The notes beneath the pieces are model-generated. The model saw nothing but the letters and a program-made list of their open reading frames with translations, made no database searches and was not told the DNA's origin. Below are positions 1 to 13,357 of a stretch of 64,000 bases of DNA, in pieces. This DNA comes from Phoronis australis (Eukaryota; Animalia; Phoronida): assembly GCA_002633005.1 (NCBI GenBank), contig NMRA01000276.1, positions 292,335 through 356,334 of the forward strand, in the 5' to 3' direction. Each line of letters starts with the position of its first letter. Position 1 is the first letter of the stretch. The position numbers and the translations under genes were made by a program.

Positions 1-280
1 TTCTTTGTTGCATTATAGTAACTGGTCTTGGCTAATTATCATTTTATGGCCTGGTCATCCATTCAGCCAAAAGTAGTTCCAGAGGTGGCTTATCAGCCAA
101 TTATTCACGCATGCTGACTCACAATAGAAGCCTGATCAGAGTGAAGGTGGATAAATGCGGTGTTCCTACAGTTTCTTGTTTTAGTGGATGTGTTCACGAC
201 ATGATGTTTTTAACTTCTGTGGCACCTCCATGTGGCAGTTTTTTACGCCCATGGCTGTATCTCCTAAACCTTTGTGTTAA

Positions 281-1958
281 AGGAGAATGTCACCTGATTT
301 AATTAATCTTTTTTACCATCTTAATCGGTCTATATCCACATCACTTCTTATACAGTCAGCCTCACCTTGCCGAGAGGTGTCGCGTTAACCTGTGAGGAAG
401 GTGAGAAACGACGCAGCCACGTCTGGTTCTTCTGCAGGGTGAATGCCGCTATATTGGGTGCATCATTCCCTCTTGTCCGAACTAGGAAGCTGCGAAGAAA
501 GCGGGTCAACATATCGTTTTTTCGACTTCCTCGAGAGCCTGAAATGTTTAGGAAGTGGCTCGGGGTAGTGAAGAATGAAAGGTACGCTGTTAATAGCAAG
601 AAAGAGGCCGTGAAACATCTCCGTGTATGTGGCCCGCATTTCGTCGACAGTGATTTCCCTGACGAATTCCTGCTTACCAAAGAACTATCCATACATTCCG
701 TTGCCTGTGCATGTTCACGGCGCCTCTCTAGTATTTCTTGATCAGTGTATTCTGGTTCGAACTGATAGCCTGTGAAACCTAATGATCTTACCCGTGAAGT
801 CTTCGTCGGATGCCAAGCTCTCGACTTAGTCGGGATTGCCGCCAGGCGAGTTGCCATGTAGACGTTTATTATTCTGCGTTCTGTTTCAAAATGAATTAGG
901 CCTATTCTCACCCTAACCAATGCTTATATAAAACTGAAACAAAGTCTGTCTCATTACATACAATTTGTAATGCCTTTGGAGTATTCGAGGGTGCACTGAA
1001 TGTTTTGAGAAGCCAGCAATGAATAAACCACTGCGTTACCTGCTTAAGATGCAGTTAAGGTAATTGACCTGGCACCGAGGTCGTGTGAGCACATGCTAAT
1101 TCAGTGTTTGCTAACAGAAAGCTGTTGTGAAACAATAACTCAATTTATATGGTATAGTCACATGTAATGGGAATCTTTATTTAGATATATACAAATATAT
1201 TATTCAAATCATTGTTGTTGTACAACCTTTGCCCTGACAGGTCTGTGGAAGGGGAACCTGACTTCGCAGCCCCCGACAAGTATAAGTAGATTTTCAGTTT
1301 CGTGGCTAATTCACCTAAATAATTACGTGCACATTATTTCTTTGGCTCACTATTATAGTCTTTTCGTGGCTGGAGGTTTAGTTTCCAACTTAAGCTGGTT
1401 TATGTTCGTGATATCCAGTCCCGGCAGCCGCGACGGGCCTGATTGGATTCCGAGCCACTGGCGGGGAGTAACAAGCGTTTTGTGTGTTTAGAACTGAAAA
1501 ATCGCAAGTCTACAAGTACAACACACAGCTATGTTCCCCCGTCTGTAATTCACGGTAGAATGATTCGAATTTATCACCAGACTCAAACTCCCGTGACCGA
1601 CCATGGTAAATTGGTCTATCGAACTCTGTAGGCTACGGTACGTTCAAATACCTGGAAATGTGTAACAGTGAAATAAACCAACTCATTTGTTCAAGAACTC
1701 GATGTATTTGTAAGGGGTTTACATTGAATTTTGATGATTTATTGATGTAAAACAATGACTTCAAGCAATAAGTTGACACCAGTAAGCGTGTTGTGAATGC
1801 CTGAACAGATTGCGCTCGAACCAATTACATCATTGGTTAATTTCAACACCTTCGTCTGCCGTTAGGTGACAGGTACAACAGCTGAACTTGCTGTTATCGA
1901 GTGGAACTATTCGATCTTAATTTATACAAAATAGGTTGTTTTTGGGTGGCATTCTCCT
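281..1958 (+). mobile_element. Non-autonomous Kolobok DNA transposon, copy 1
   Basis: TTAA TSD at 277-280 and 1959-1962; TIR AGGAGAATGTCACC / GGTGGCATTCTCCT; frameshifted THAP remnant (FFRLP..RKWL..VCGPHF) near the left end. Confidence 0.85.
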
Positions 1959-1962
1959 TTAA

Positions 1963-3790
1963 TGCTTGCATTAATGAGCTTATTAAGCTTGCAATTGAAA
2001 GAATTGTCGATATACACTGGGTTAGGGCCCATGTGGTAATTGACAGCAATGCAAACGCATACAGACTCACAAAGATAGGAGCCAGCATTCTGCATTGTGT
2101 ACCTGAACCTGCCATCCCGGTATCTTACGGATGCTGCAGGATGATTATATGCAACTAGGTATATACCCAATCAGCAGCCCAGTGGGCATCACTTAACTCT
2201 TGCAGAGAGACCAAGGAGAATTTTTCCAACGTGATCAAACCAAAATGTTCAAAAATCTTCTGAGTATTGATAGGTTGGGCATACGACACGTCATTCAAAT
2301 TATGACGGGCCATTTGTGCCTATGTGCCTCCCAACAGTCAATGACCAAACTACAGAGGATTCAAAACCAGGCCATGAGGATAGTAACCAGTGCAGCTAGA
2401 CCCACTCCGATAGACAGTCTCCAATATTGGTTAGGTATCAATAGCATCCGTACTAAACAGAAAACACTTGCAACCCAAGCATTTCTGAAGGCAGCTACAA
2501 CCAACTCTCATCCTCTGTACCTGGACTTGAGAGAGCATAGTGATGAGCACACTGCACAGAGGCTGAACACTGTTCAACCATGGGTTATCGGAGCTAGGGA
2601 GATTGTCGAAGAGGTATGTCCAGTGGAGAACATCAACAGCATAGAGTGGTCCAAAACCACAAACTTTGTCATCAACACCATGGAGATAGGAGGCCGGCAT
2701 TGGCGGGAAAGAGCTGACTGTATCAACCAAGCAACTGTATTGGAATGGCTTGAAAAACAATCTCCCACAATCATTGTTGCAACAGACAGCTCACTAAGAG
2801 ATGACACTACGGCTTGGGCAGCAATTGCTTGGGCTCGTGAGGGTCAACGCCTCTTCGAAAGGTCAGCAGCACGGGTTGGAAAATCCTCGTCTTTTGGAGC
2901 TGAATGTGAAGCATATGAAGACGCCCTAGTCTGGCTCTCACAGAACACAACACCTGCAGACAGATCATTTCTACTTACAAACTCCCTCAGCCTCATTAGC
3001 AGGCTAAAAACTGGTCATGTGAAAAATTCCTGGATCCCTCTGTTCAGCTCTATTAATGGTCTCTTCACCAGTGTTTATATACCAGGACATTGTGGCATCT
3101 CATTCAACGTCAAGGCGGATGAGCTTGCAGGCATCGCAGAACCGATTGCCGACCCGCTCCTTACACCAGCAGATGTAATCTCCAGAGTGCGTGAATCGCT
3201 TACAGATGCCGATATTGTACAACAGCAGGAGAGATGGGCAACAAAGCACCTCATAGAGCGAGGATGGCAATACGGAGATGCAGCAAAAACTTGTATCAGG
3301 GGAAAAGATCAAAGAGTGTGTAACCAGCACGAACTTGGTTGCATCTCCAAATTTACATTGCGTGCGATACTGGAAGGAGGAGGGCCAGAGACTGTCCCGG
3401 TGCCTACCCTCTGACGTCACCACAGAAACGGAAACACTGTAACCTAGCCCGACACAGACACATCACTGGGCATATGAGGTATGAGGAGCCCAGTGTGTCC
3501 TGAGTGTGGTTCTGACATTGAGACCCCTAAACACCTGGTGGACTCTTGCCAAGCTTTTTATAGGCACTGTTACTTTCCTACAACATACAGTGCATGGCAA
3601 CAAATGGAAAAGTCAATCCATTTTCTTAAAGGCGACAGTCAAGACTTGAAAACTTCCTTAACGAAGAACCTGTTGATCCATAACGGGGCTCTCGTGTTTG
3701 TAACTCAGATGCTCCGTGCAATGGGTCTTTAGCATGAGGCCTGCGCACGTCTGATGCACCACAAATGACAGGCCACCTCCACTCTTTTCT
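1963..3790 (+). mobile_element. Decayed non-LTR retrotransposon A, 3' fragment (RNase H end and CCHC knuckle), interrupted by element B
   Basis: IHWVRAHVVIDSNANAYRLTKIGA (RNase H C-terminal motif); QIMTGH at about 2295-2313 resumes as HCNLARHRH at about 3435; CPEC..ETPKHLVDSC zinc knuckle. Confidence 0.7.
2314..3434 (+). mobile_element. 5'-truncated RNase H-containing non-LTR retrotransposon B (I-group-like), RT thumb plus RNase H
   Basis: KLQRIQNQAMRIVTSAARPTPI; IVATDSS; SSFGAECEA; LLTNSLS; YIPGHCGISFNVKADELA. Several catalytic motifs are degenerate. Confidence 0.8.
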
Positions 3791-3794
3791 ATCC

Positions 3795-4750
3795 TGAATC
3801 CTCTGCAGGATCTTCATTATTAAACTTGGTAAGCGTATTTATATGACATTGACAACTGAGGACGACGACCTTCAGATGGATCCTACGAACACTGTGCCCT
3901 CTAGTGGCCATTTCATTTTTTCCGTTTTACTTGTTTGTTCCATTTAGTGGCTATTTTTACTGTTTCCTACAAGTCTGTTTTTGGCGTCTATCAACCCTAA
4001 GGATGATTATGAAAATTGGCTTGTTACTAGTGTGAGGAGGGCAGCTGGTGATGATTTTCAGATGACTCTGACTTCTTTGGCACCTTCTAGAGGCTGTTTT
4101 TTGTGTTTAGGGCTGTACTTTTTAAACTACAGAATCTTTATTAAATTTGGCAGGTGTATTTGTATGAAGTTTACAGTATTTTTGAAGCACCTTGATGGGG
4201 TTTATGAAATTTAATAACTACTAGGTTTTTATTAATTAAGAGACGATGACAGGTTCCCATTTTCGGATAGATTTAATGTATAGTGGCCACTTTTATTATC
4301 ATGAAATTTTTGGGTTTCAGTTAAAGAGGTGACGATGCCTTCTCATTTTCAAACAGAGAATCATTATGGAAATAGGCAGATGTGTTCCTACCTACAAGAG
4401 CATGACTGATGTGGATTTTCAGTCTGGCCTAATACTGTGGTGCCCCTAATACTTTTCGCATCTTCGGCAGTGTATCCTAAAGATGTATTTGAAACTTTGC
4501 AGTTGTATTCTCACTAAGTTGAAAACAGATGGATGGATTCTAGCACCGCTGTGGTTCCTATTGGCAAATTGCCAAGTCTTTGGAGTTTTTGGATGGATTT
4601 AATTAAATTTGGCAAATATGGATGGCTCAATGAATCCTGTACCGTCTAATGGCCATTTTGTGATACTAAAAACACCCCTAGAAGCACACTGTTTGCAGGT
4701 TTGCAGTGCAGTCGTAGGCGCATTTCAACCCTCCATATTGCTCTCGTGAA
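3795..4750 (+). mobile_element. Decayed HINE (Helentron-associated) copy; its other part lies at about 1-270
   Basis: Reverse complement of the core repeats seen at 34400-38980 and 50333-51246; 3' subTIR/hairpin remnant taggcgcatttcaaccctccatattgctctcgt at 4715-4748. Confidence 0.6.
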
Positions 4751-7085
4751 AAAAGTTCCTCTGAGGTGAGCACAATTGGTGCGAATGTTTTTCATCAGTT
4801 TCTTAAACAGTTTCACTTGTGCACTGATGAGAGTGTCTGTGCTCACGAGGCGTGATCACTCAGAATCATTTACAGCCAATCATGAGATGTTTGTGACTGA
4901 CAAGCAATGCTGTTTAAATCCTTGCTTGCATGCGTTTGTGTGGCTTTAAAAAAGTTCGAGACCTTGGCTGAAATTGATGCATCTTTTATGAGGTGCTGAC
5001 CAGAATCAATGATATTTTTTGACCTTATAGTGCATTGTTCTCTCACAATAGATGCGGGTTTCCCTGTTGTACCAATTCACCGTTACTGGCCAGTTTAAAC
5101 CGGTCCTGTAGTGTTCTACATGTAAATGTGAGAATGACTGGGATCCCAGAGGTGTGTTGAGCTTAACTTTTGCACACATACATAAAATTGTCACTACACG
5201 GAGGGATTTCTGTGCTGAGAAGCTGAATTTTGAAGTCAGCCAAACTGCTAAATCCAGTAAAAAGTGAAAAAGGATGAGCCACGACAAACATTTAGCGATT
5301 AGCTGATTCAGAACCTGCATGCATGCTATAATAAAGCCTGCCTCAGAATAGCCACAGTTTTTTTTGGGAGGAGGGATTTTGGATATTGTGCCAAATATTG
5401 GACCTAAAACGACTTGTTAGATAACTGGATACCATCAAAAATTGTGAAGGTGTTGTTACAATTGCTTGCATGTCTTTGTTGTATCTGCTTTTTACAAAGT
5501 CTTGGAAGTTGGCATTGAAACTGGTAGCCATTTCTTATTGTTCTTGCCTTTTGTTGCTCAACTTGTTTTTCTGCCAGTTCTTGTCTGTGAAAGTGTGGGT
5601 AATTTCTTGGAACCTTTGAGTGATTTCTTTGTTGTTACTCTTGTAACTTATACTGTTGTAATGTCATTGGGATAAATGACTTCAATGAGTGTCCTTGTAC
5701 GTGAGTTGGACCCAAATGCTTAATATGCACATTAGGCGGGAGATTCAGTGGCTTAACTTTCACCAGATATGCCACTTGCAATGTTTTGTCTGACACTTGG
5801 AAACGAGTGGTAAAATGGCATACCTATCAAAAACGAGCACATTAATTAAAGTTACTATCTAACAAATAATGTTATTTCCAAACATTTGTCAAACTGTTTT
5901 GAAATTTCATTTGCAGATTTCTGACTGTAGTTGGGATGAGTTGGTCAAAGTTTACAATCCAAGATGTCTGCAAGCACAGAGGTAGCAGTGTGAAGCAATT
6001 GGTTCAGTATATGTACAGAGACAGTAGTGGGGTGTAGAGTCAATAGCGGCACTATCATCCACAAGTTTACTGAGCTGTGACGCACTACATTAAAATTTAA
6101 ATGTTGCCAAGTGTTTACATGATATTGTTACCGCTGCTTACAAGCATATCTCCTCAAGGATTTCTACTCCATAATGTCTCTTGCATTCAAAGTGAAGATT
6201 CTCAGTCATTGGCTGGTGATCTGTTGAAGGTTATATGTTTAGTCACCATGGCAACTTAGAAAGCAGTAGGATGTATATTGAGATGTTACAACATGTAGAT
6301 GCTGCTGTTTTCTGTAAAGAGCACACAAGTTAGGTTGGAAAAGCAGGTTATGTTAAATGCCAAAATGGCACAAAGTCGCAACATTTTTCTTATTAGTGAA
6401 AGGACATTTTAAACACTAAAAGCATTATTATGCTTAATTTCAAATTATTCACTGAAGCTGCAGTTTTTGTAACCTGTTAATTTAGGTCTCTGTTATTTGA
6501 TCTCAGTGCATACTTTGTAATATTTTAATTGCTAATTTAAGTTGCATAAGTGAGGGGACATACCAGGACAGGACTTCAGACTACTAGAAATTCTGGCATC
6601 TCTTCACGGATATTTTTTCTTGGAAGGAAAAGACAGTGTTTAGTAAAATATTCATTACTTAGTCTGTTTCATTCAAAAAATCACAAATAATGAAACCAAA
6701 GTTTTAAGTGGCATCTTTACGGCATTAGAAAGCAGGTATATTTTACCATTAGTAGGGGAACCTTGCAGTTGAAATTTTGTGATTAAAATGCCATTGAAGT
6801 GTGCTGCCTGTAAATTACCAATATAGTACAGCAGTAATACAACATGGGTGATGAGGTGCCTTGAAAATTACCAGCATTATGAATGTGCAAAATGTGTTTC
6901 CTTATTTTTTCAATTTTCATGGTTGTCATTTGTTTCAATGCTAATAATTAGTAGATTTGTACCTGTTTTTCAACATTTACCTTGGTATATCCATGCAACA
7001 TTGTTATGACATTTTCAGTGCAAAAATTCCAATTAATTGTAAAAATCATGCAGGTGTCCTAAATACTGACCTTGAATATTCTTGA

Positions 7086-7276
7086 GACTGCATTTTCCCA
7101 CCAACAGATGTGAACTGACTGCATTTTCCCACCGACAGATGTGAACTGACTGCATTTTCCCACCGACAGATGTGAACTGACTGCATTTTCCCACCGACAG
7201 ATGTGAACTGACTGCATTTTCCCACCGACAGATGTGAACTGACTGCATTTTCCCACCGACAGATGTGAACTGACTA
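7086..7276. repeat. 31-bp minisatellite, about 6 copies
   Basis: gactgcattttcccaccgacagatgtgaact. Confidence 0.95.
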
Positions 7277-7403
7277 GTAATTCTTTGTGATGTACACACA
7301 TTTTGTTAAACAACTATTTTTTAAATGACCGTTTCAATACATCCTCATTCTGTGGTTATTCCATAATTGCTACGGGAAAGTTGGAAGCCCATAAAACAAA
7401 AAC

Positions 7404-7578
7404 TGTGGGTAGTTAGGTTACAACAAATTATGTGGGTGGTTAGGTTACAACAAATTATGTGGGTGGTTAGGTTACAACAAATTATGTGGGTGGTTAGGTT
7501 ACAACAAATTATGTGGGTGGTTAGGTTACAACAAATTATGTGGGTGGTTAGGTTACAACAAATTATGTGGGTGGTTGT
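7404..7578. repeat. 27-bp minisatellite, about 6 copies
   Basis: tgtgggtggttaggttacaacaaatta. Confidence 0.95.
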
Positions 7579-9719
7579 GTTTGGGAACAGAAATGTGGGA
7601 AGTTGTTTGCAACAAAAAATCCGTTCTTGTAAAAACTAAATATGTTGCGCTACAATGCATTTCACAACTGGTAATTTTGAATGATCCATGCTGGTTGGGA
7701 TCTGAATATCACAACTCACAAGAATGTTTACCTTTATGACCGTCGTATACATGTCAACCATAGCAGTGACAAAAATGAGTCAAAATATGGTCAAGTGTCA
7801 ACATGCATTGCATGTACCTATTTACCTATTAGAGGCTCTTACATCTAGTAATTGTGAGTGTTGTTATACTCCTTTGTTACTCCTTTGGCCGTCGAGTAAT
7901 GTTCGTGATATGAGATTAGTTTGACAAAAAAGATTGCCAGTAAAAGCCGAAGCGAAAGTTTGAAAACTTTATTATGAACATTCATTTGGCAAAAATGCGT
8001 ATTAATTTCCAAAAATATGAAGCATTTTGGTGTTACGTCGTAGCACTGCCGAAACAGCAAAAATATGTAGCAAATACATAATTTCCATATTGGTCAACAT
8101 GTTTGCCATCATCTTATGTTTGGTTATTGGAGAACAGGAATGGCTGTTAGTAGTTGTAGTGGCTGAACATATTGTGCTGCCACCTATTGGTTGTAGTGGC
8201 TGAACATACTGTGCTGCCACACTTTTAGTTGCAGTGGATGAACATACTGCGCTCGGTGGTTCCCTGTTCACAAGGGGGAAGGGGACACGCAGGTATCATT
8301 TACTTTTTTGGGGGATTACACCGGCGTTTCTGATTGGTTGGTCGAATAACAGGTAGAACTTTATACGTAAACAAACCGGCATGACTAATCAAGGAAATGT
8401 TAATGTGGATACAGTTTGTGGTGTGTTGTACAGACACGGTGCCTAATTGGGATATGTTCAAGAAATTGTGTATCAGAAAGTTGTGGTTGTCTTTTCGCTG
8501 CGCATTTTTGTGCAGCTGCCAACTTGTTTTCGTTGCTGTCCTATGTTCACTGAGTATGAATAACACACTGGTTAAATCGGCCAGATCTGTGTGTATTGTA
8601 TGCACTTCAAGCATGTGGCCGTTAGATATTATTTGCTGTCATGCCACTTGGTTTGCAAAGATGTTGACACGACTAAAAATCATTCTCAATCCGCCATTTT
8701 CTTTCTTTGTTCTAAAGCTAACCAATGACTGCAGAGGTTACATCAACTAGTGATAAAACGCGTGCTGCTGAATGATACCTGCAAGTCTTCTTCCTCCTAG
8801 CGGACACGCCAGGAACCAGCAAGAATACTGTGCTGCCACACTATTGGTTGCAGTGGCTGAACATACTGTGCTGCCATCAATTGGTTGTAGCGGCTAGACA
8901 TACTGCGCTACCATCTATTGGTTGCAGTGGCTGAACATACTGATGTGACATGTTGGTTGACTTGACATGTGCTCATAATGGTTCAACTGGAGTTCATGTT
9001 TTAATCGCCTAAATAGCCATAGTGTGCTGTAGTTGATGAATAGGGGCCAAAGTGTGAAATGTATTTGTGAAGAGTATAATTTCAGAATTATTTTGTACGA
9101 CTAACCCAAGTGGCATAATCCTGTACATATTTGTACTACCATATTATTGCATAACTATTACACAATTGAAATAAATGTATGGAACAGCAATTGACTGTCT
9201 TTGTGCATCTGAAAGCTCAGATTTTGGTTTACAAGGCCAGTAGAACTTGGGCAAATTCAAATAGTTTAATTAACTAGTCATAACTCCCTTAAAATATGGG
9301 TGGTTCCATTCCAAAGTAATTAAAAATAATTGGCGATTGGTTAGGAAACTTATTCAAAAATATCAGTGACAAAATAGAGCCTTATCACCCTCCCAAATAG
9401 ATTTCACTAGAATGGGCTTTCACTAATTTGCCACATGATATTAAGTGTTACTTATGTATGTTTTTCGTCCGGGCTTTCGCCATAACTTCAACAAAGCCAG
9501 GGAAATTTCATTTGAATAAAATTCTTCAACTTTTTTGAAAATAGTACTTAATGAAAATAGATCACAATTGGTGCTGTGTAAGTATTGAGGTAGAGGTCAA
9601 AATAGAATAAAACACCACACAAGTACTAAACAATGACTTTTAGTTAATCCTCTTATGAAAATACTTTTGACAACATAAACATAATGTAAGAGCACATCTG
9701 TACGAAAGACGTCCTTGCC

Positions 9720-10070
9720 AACACTAGTGTGTACTCTCTTGAACACCTGTCACAATGCAGGTACACTAGTGTGTACTCTCTTGAACACCTGTCACAATGC
9801 AGGTACACTAGTGTGTACTCTCTTGAACACCTGTCACAATGCAGGTGCACTAGTGTGTACTCTCTTGAACACCAGTCACAATGCAGGTACACAAGTCCCT
9901 CAAGCAGTAATACAGACGAGTGCACTTTCTTCAACACTAGCCACTGGCCCCTAAAGCCAGTAATACAGACGAGTGCACTTTCTTCAACACTAGCCACTGG
10001 CCCCTAAAGCCCGTAATACAGACGAGTGCACTTTCTTCAACACTAGCCACTGGCTTCTAAAGCCAGTAAT
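9720..10070. repeat. Adjacent 42-bp (x4) and 53-bp (x3) minisatellites
   Basis: acactagtgtgtactctcttgaacacctgtcacaatgcaggt; taatacagacgagtgcactttcttcaacactagccactggcccctaaagccag. Confidence 0.9.
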
Positions 10071-10516
10071 AAAGTGCAAGGTTTTCCCAGAAAGCAACAT
10101 CCAAGTGTTTGAAAGTTTGAAAAGGTGTCCAAACAAACTGAAACCTCGTCATTACAGTATTTTTTGGTAATTAAGAGAGAACTGGTTTAAACGAAACAAA
10201 ATTTACTTGTTGATAAAGTGTAAGCAATACACAACGATTACTTCTAATGAACAAAACACAAAAATACAGAATTTTTAAATGTGAATACTCAAAAAGTCTC
10301 AGAATCAATGAAAAATTTTCAGCTGATTTAAATCACCAAAATCATGTTACTAAGAGTACACATTATTTTGTCACGTAGGTAATTTCAAGTATTCTAGATT
10401 TGTAAATCCGGGCGAATACCGTAAAAAATTCTTTAGTTTCGGACACAATATGGTGGACGGGTGGAATTTCATTTTGTCAAAAATTACCTCAGCAAAATTT
10501 ACTTTGCTTTTTATCC

Positions 10517-10636
10517 TGGTTTGTATGGTGCAGCTATTACCAAATATGGTTTGTATGGTGCAGCTATTACCAAACATGGTTTGTATGGTGCAGCTATTGC
10601 CAAAGAGGGTTTGTATGGTGCAGCTATTACCAAACA
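10517..10636. repeat. 30-bp minisatellite x4 in the probable CNOT2 3'UTR region
   Basis: tggtttgtatggtgcagctattaccaaaca. Confidence 0.9.
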
Positions 10637-10897
10637 TTAAGTGAAATTTTGAACATTTGCAACAATATGGTAAGACTACGAAAAATAGAAATATTGAAAT
10701 TTTAGCAAATTTTTATGTCCCAACTTGAAGATTTTTTATTGTAACAAACCTGACATGCACAATTGTCATTTATTGAATAATGGCATGAGAGGTCAGAGGT
10801 CACCATGCAAGGCTTTCTTTCCAGGGCTGCTCCTCACCATGGAGTTTACCAAATGCACACAGACTTACATACAACTACCAATGTGACAAGACAACTA

Positions 10898-11138
10898 TCA
10901 ATGTGACAAGACTGCTGGCTGGTTAGGGTTATGGTGGAGAGTTGACGGAAGGTTGGGTCGTTCTTCCAGTTTGTCGTACTCTAGATGAAACTCCTTTGCC
11001 ACCTTCCGCCAATTCTGAGGATCAAAGAAGTAGTATGTTCCCCGCTCATATGAATTTGTTTTCACCTGCGGCTCCACTCCCGGTGCCCGTGTTATCCATA
11101 CTCTCTCTTCTTTGTGGTACCTCCAATCTCGGTTATAC
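10898..11138 (-). CDS. CNOT2: CNOT2 last coding exon YNRDWRYHKEERVWITRAPGVEPQVKTNSYERGTYYFFDPQNWRKVAKEFHLEYDKLEERPNLPSTLHHNPNQPAVLSH*
   Basis: tcAG acceptor, TGA at 10898-10900; unmistakable NOT-box C-terminus. Confidence 0.98.
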
Positions 11139-11557
11139 CTGACACAAAATTAACATCAATATTTAAAACAACTATAAACCTGCCCTTCATCACAATAACT
11201 AACTTCTGATTTAGACCACTTAATGTCATGAAATTTGTCTCAAACTGTATCTTGGTCACTGAATAACGCTCACATGAGAGATGTCAGTGTGACCGAGTTG
11301 GACGCAGGCGTTGGTCATACACCAGGGTTAAACAAAGTTCGCTTAGAGCTATCGAAAAAAACACGAAACTGAGTGATCAAAAGGTAAAGTCAATATTCTG
11401 AAGTAGCAACTAATTATTAGCTAGAGAATACTGGCCAGTTAACTCAGCTCCATAGTGATGCCCATTTACACGTAAATGTATGTAAATGTATGCCCATTTA
11501 ACTCATAGCTTTACAACGGCAGCTAACTAACACGTAATGATAGTTAAGTAGACTCAC

Positions 11558-11708
11558 AGTTCTGCAGCAGCTACCAGTTGAAGAACATCTCCTCCATACA
11601 TGTAGAACAGAAAGAAGAGAAGATCTTCCCCATATCGGTTGAGTTTAATTGGCGCTAGCTTGTCACGGATGTAAATGTTTGTTAGGTACTCTGACGGACC
11701 ATGAAAAT
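11558..11708 (-). CDS. CNOT2: CNOT2 exon DFHGPSEYLTNIYIRDKLAPIKLNRYGEDLLFFLFYMYGGDVLQLVAAAEL (NOT-box start)
   Basis: gcAG / CT|GTGAGT; NOT2/3/5 domain signature. Confidence 0.97.
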
Positions 11709-12486
11709 CTGCAATTATGACGCAAGTTTGAGCCTTTAACACTCATACTCCAACACAGTAACAAGAAAGACACAGCAATGAACAATTCAAAGGTAAACAA
11801 GTGATGAAATCATCACATTCTAAAACATAACACAAATATCGACCAGACTACTATAAAGATCAAAAATTTCCTGGAATTAGTCTTGCAAAATTTGATGGAG
11901 CTCGGAACTTTGGTAAATGTGCATCCCATGGGGTCACAGTCACTCGCTTAAGACAACGGCAAACTTTGGTTACCTGCATACTTGGGTGACAAGTGTTACA
12001 AGCCTAATAACACTGATTGTCTCTAAATGTGCAACATATCTCAGTCTCAGTCATTTGCCTAAACAGCTTACATGTGACACTTCAAAGTCAAACAATACAA
12101 GAAAGAAGCACACCAGGCCGTCCTCAATCCCTGTGTGTCTGGCCATGCACAAGATCAGTCCAAGAACCCTGGGTACAGTAACACAAGGAATCTTGCCAAT
12201 ATGACAACTTTACACTTAACCCTACCTGGATGTTTGTTTACTCAACTAAAATTCCAAGTTAAACTGCTCTTGGTCAATGTTAGTATTGCAGTCTATGCTC
12301 TAACGATTACAAAACTGTTATCAGTATCACAGATGTCACCAATCTCACATATATCTGACAAGCTGACATGTTTAACACCTGCTGACGGGTTACAGAACTT
12401 TGTGGAATTCACGATCTCATGGGGACAACAGATTAGTGGAAATAATTCCCGTAACAAGATTCCTGTACATTGCTAGATTGACTGAC

Positions 12487-12548
12487 CTATATCTTGAGGC
12501 CGACACGGAGAATCAGCCCAAGGTGACTGAAAGGTGCTGTACAAGTTC
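12487..12548 (-). CDS. CNOT2: CNOT2 exon NLYSTFQSPWADSPCRPQDI
   Basis: ttcAG / AG|GTCAGT; conserved NLY..F.SPW..SPCRPQDI. Confidence 0.96.
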
Positions 12549-13200
12549 CTGAAAAGGAAATGTCGAGGTGAGAGATATGCTAATTTTAAACTGAAAAGTG
12601 TGTCAACCTATTAAGTTATCACAACTCCACGACACACTTGAGATGATGTAACATATCACAGTTGTAGCAAGTACAAAATCACAGTCATGAACTATCAAAG
12701 CACAAGTGTCGTCTGTCTGTTACTTTCCTTGTGACAATAAAATGAGGAAATGGAACTTTTTGGACCAATGTCTTACATAAATAATGGAAAGATGGAAAGA
12801 CAAGATTTCTGGGGAACGTAAGAGGAGATGCAGCGAGCCCCTTGAGCAACCTCTTCTCCGGATGGCTACAGTGTACATAGTAAATATAACCAAATGTAAG
12901 ACACGCATCTATAATCAAAGGAGTAGCTCATTCTTCTTGCTCGTGCTCAAAACCAGTCTAATGGAGAAGAGGTAATGTCACAAAGACAAGAAATGAAACT
13001 CCATCACAGGCACCAGGGCATGTAAAACCTGCAGTGTGTCAAGTAGTATTTTACAAACAAGGCCATGCACCACTAACTGTAATGTCCAAAGTATACAAGA
13101 GCTCCATTTGGCAATTCATAAGTCAACAAAACAAATTTTCTATGATGGCGTGGGATCGATGCTGTCATCAAACATAATACTTTGAAGCTGTCTAACTTAC

Positions 13201-13357
13201 TCTGGGGAATTAAGATTGAGTCCTAACGTGGTGAGATCTATGCCTGGAGCCAGGGCTACAAGGTTGGGGTCGGTTTCAGCTGCCCTTATGTAAGTTAACA
13301 GACCAACCATTCCAAACTGATCCGTTACCATGCCAACAGGAATGTTGGAGACAGTAC
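13201..13357 (-). CDS. CNOT2: CNOT2 exon GTVSNIPVGMVTDQFGMVGLLTYIRAAETDPNLVALAPGIDLTTLGLNLNSPE (CNOT1-anchoring region)
   Basis: ctAG / GTAAGT; nearly identical to the conserved DQFGMxGLLxxIRAAETDP..DLTTLGLNLNSPE block. Confidence 0.97.

Noticed and set aside
367-741. Host THAP-domain gene
   Set aside because: It lies inside Kolobok TIRs, is frameshifted at the N-terminal cysteines, and the paralogous copy has a stop at the conserved Trp.
2200-3414. 404-aa ORF as a host RNase H gene or intact retroelement ORF
   Set aside because: Non-ATG start, chimera of two LINE fragments, degenerate catalytic motifs and no RT core.
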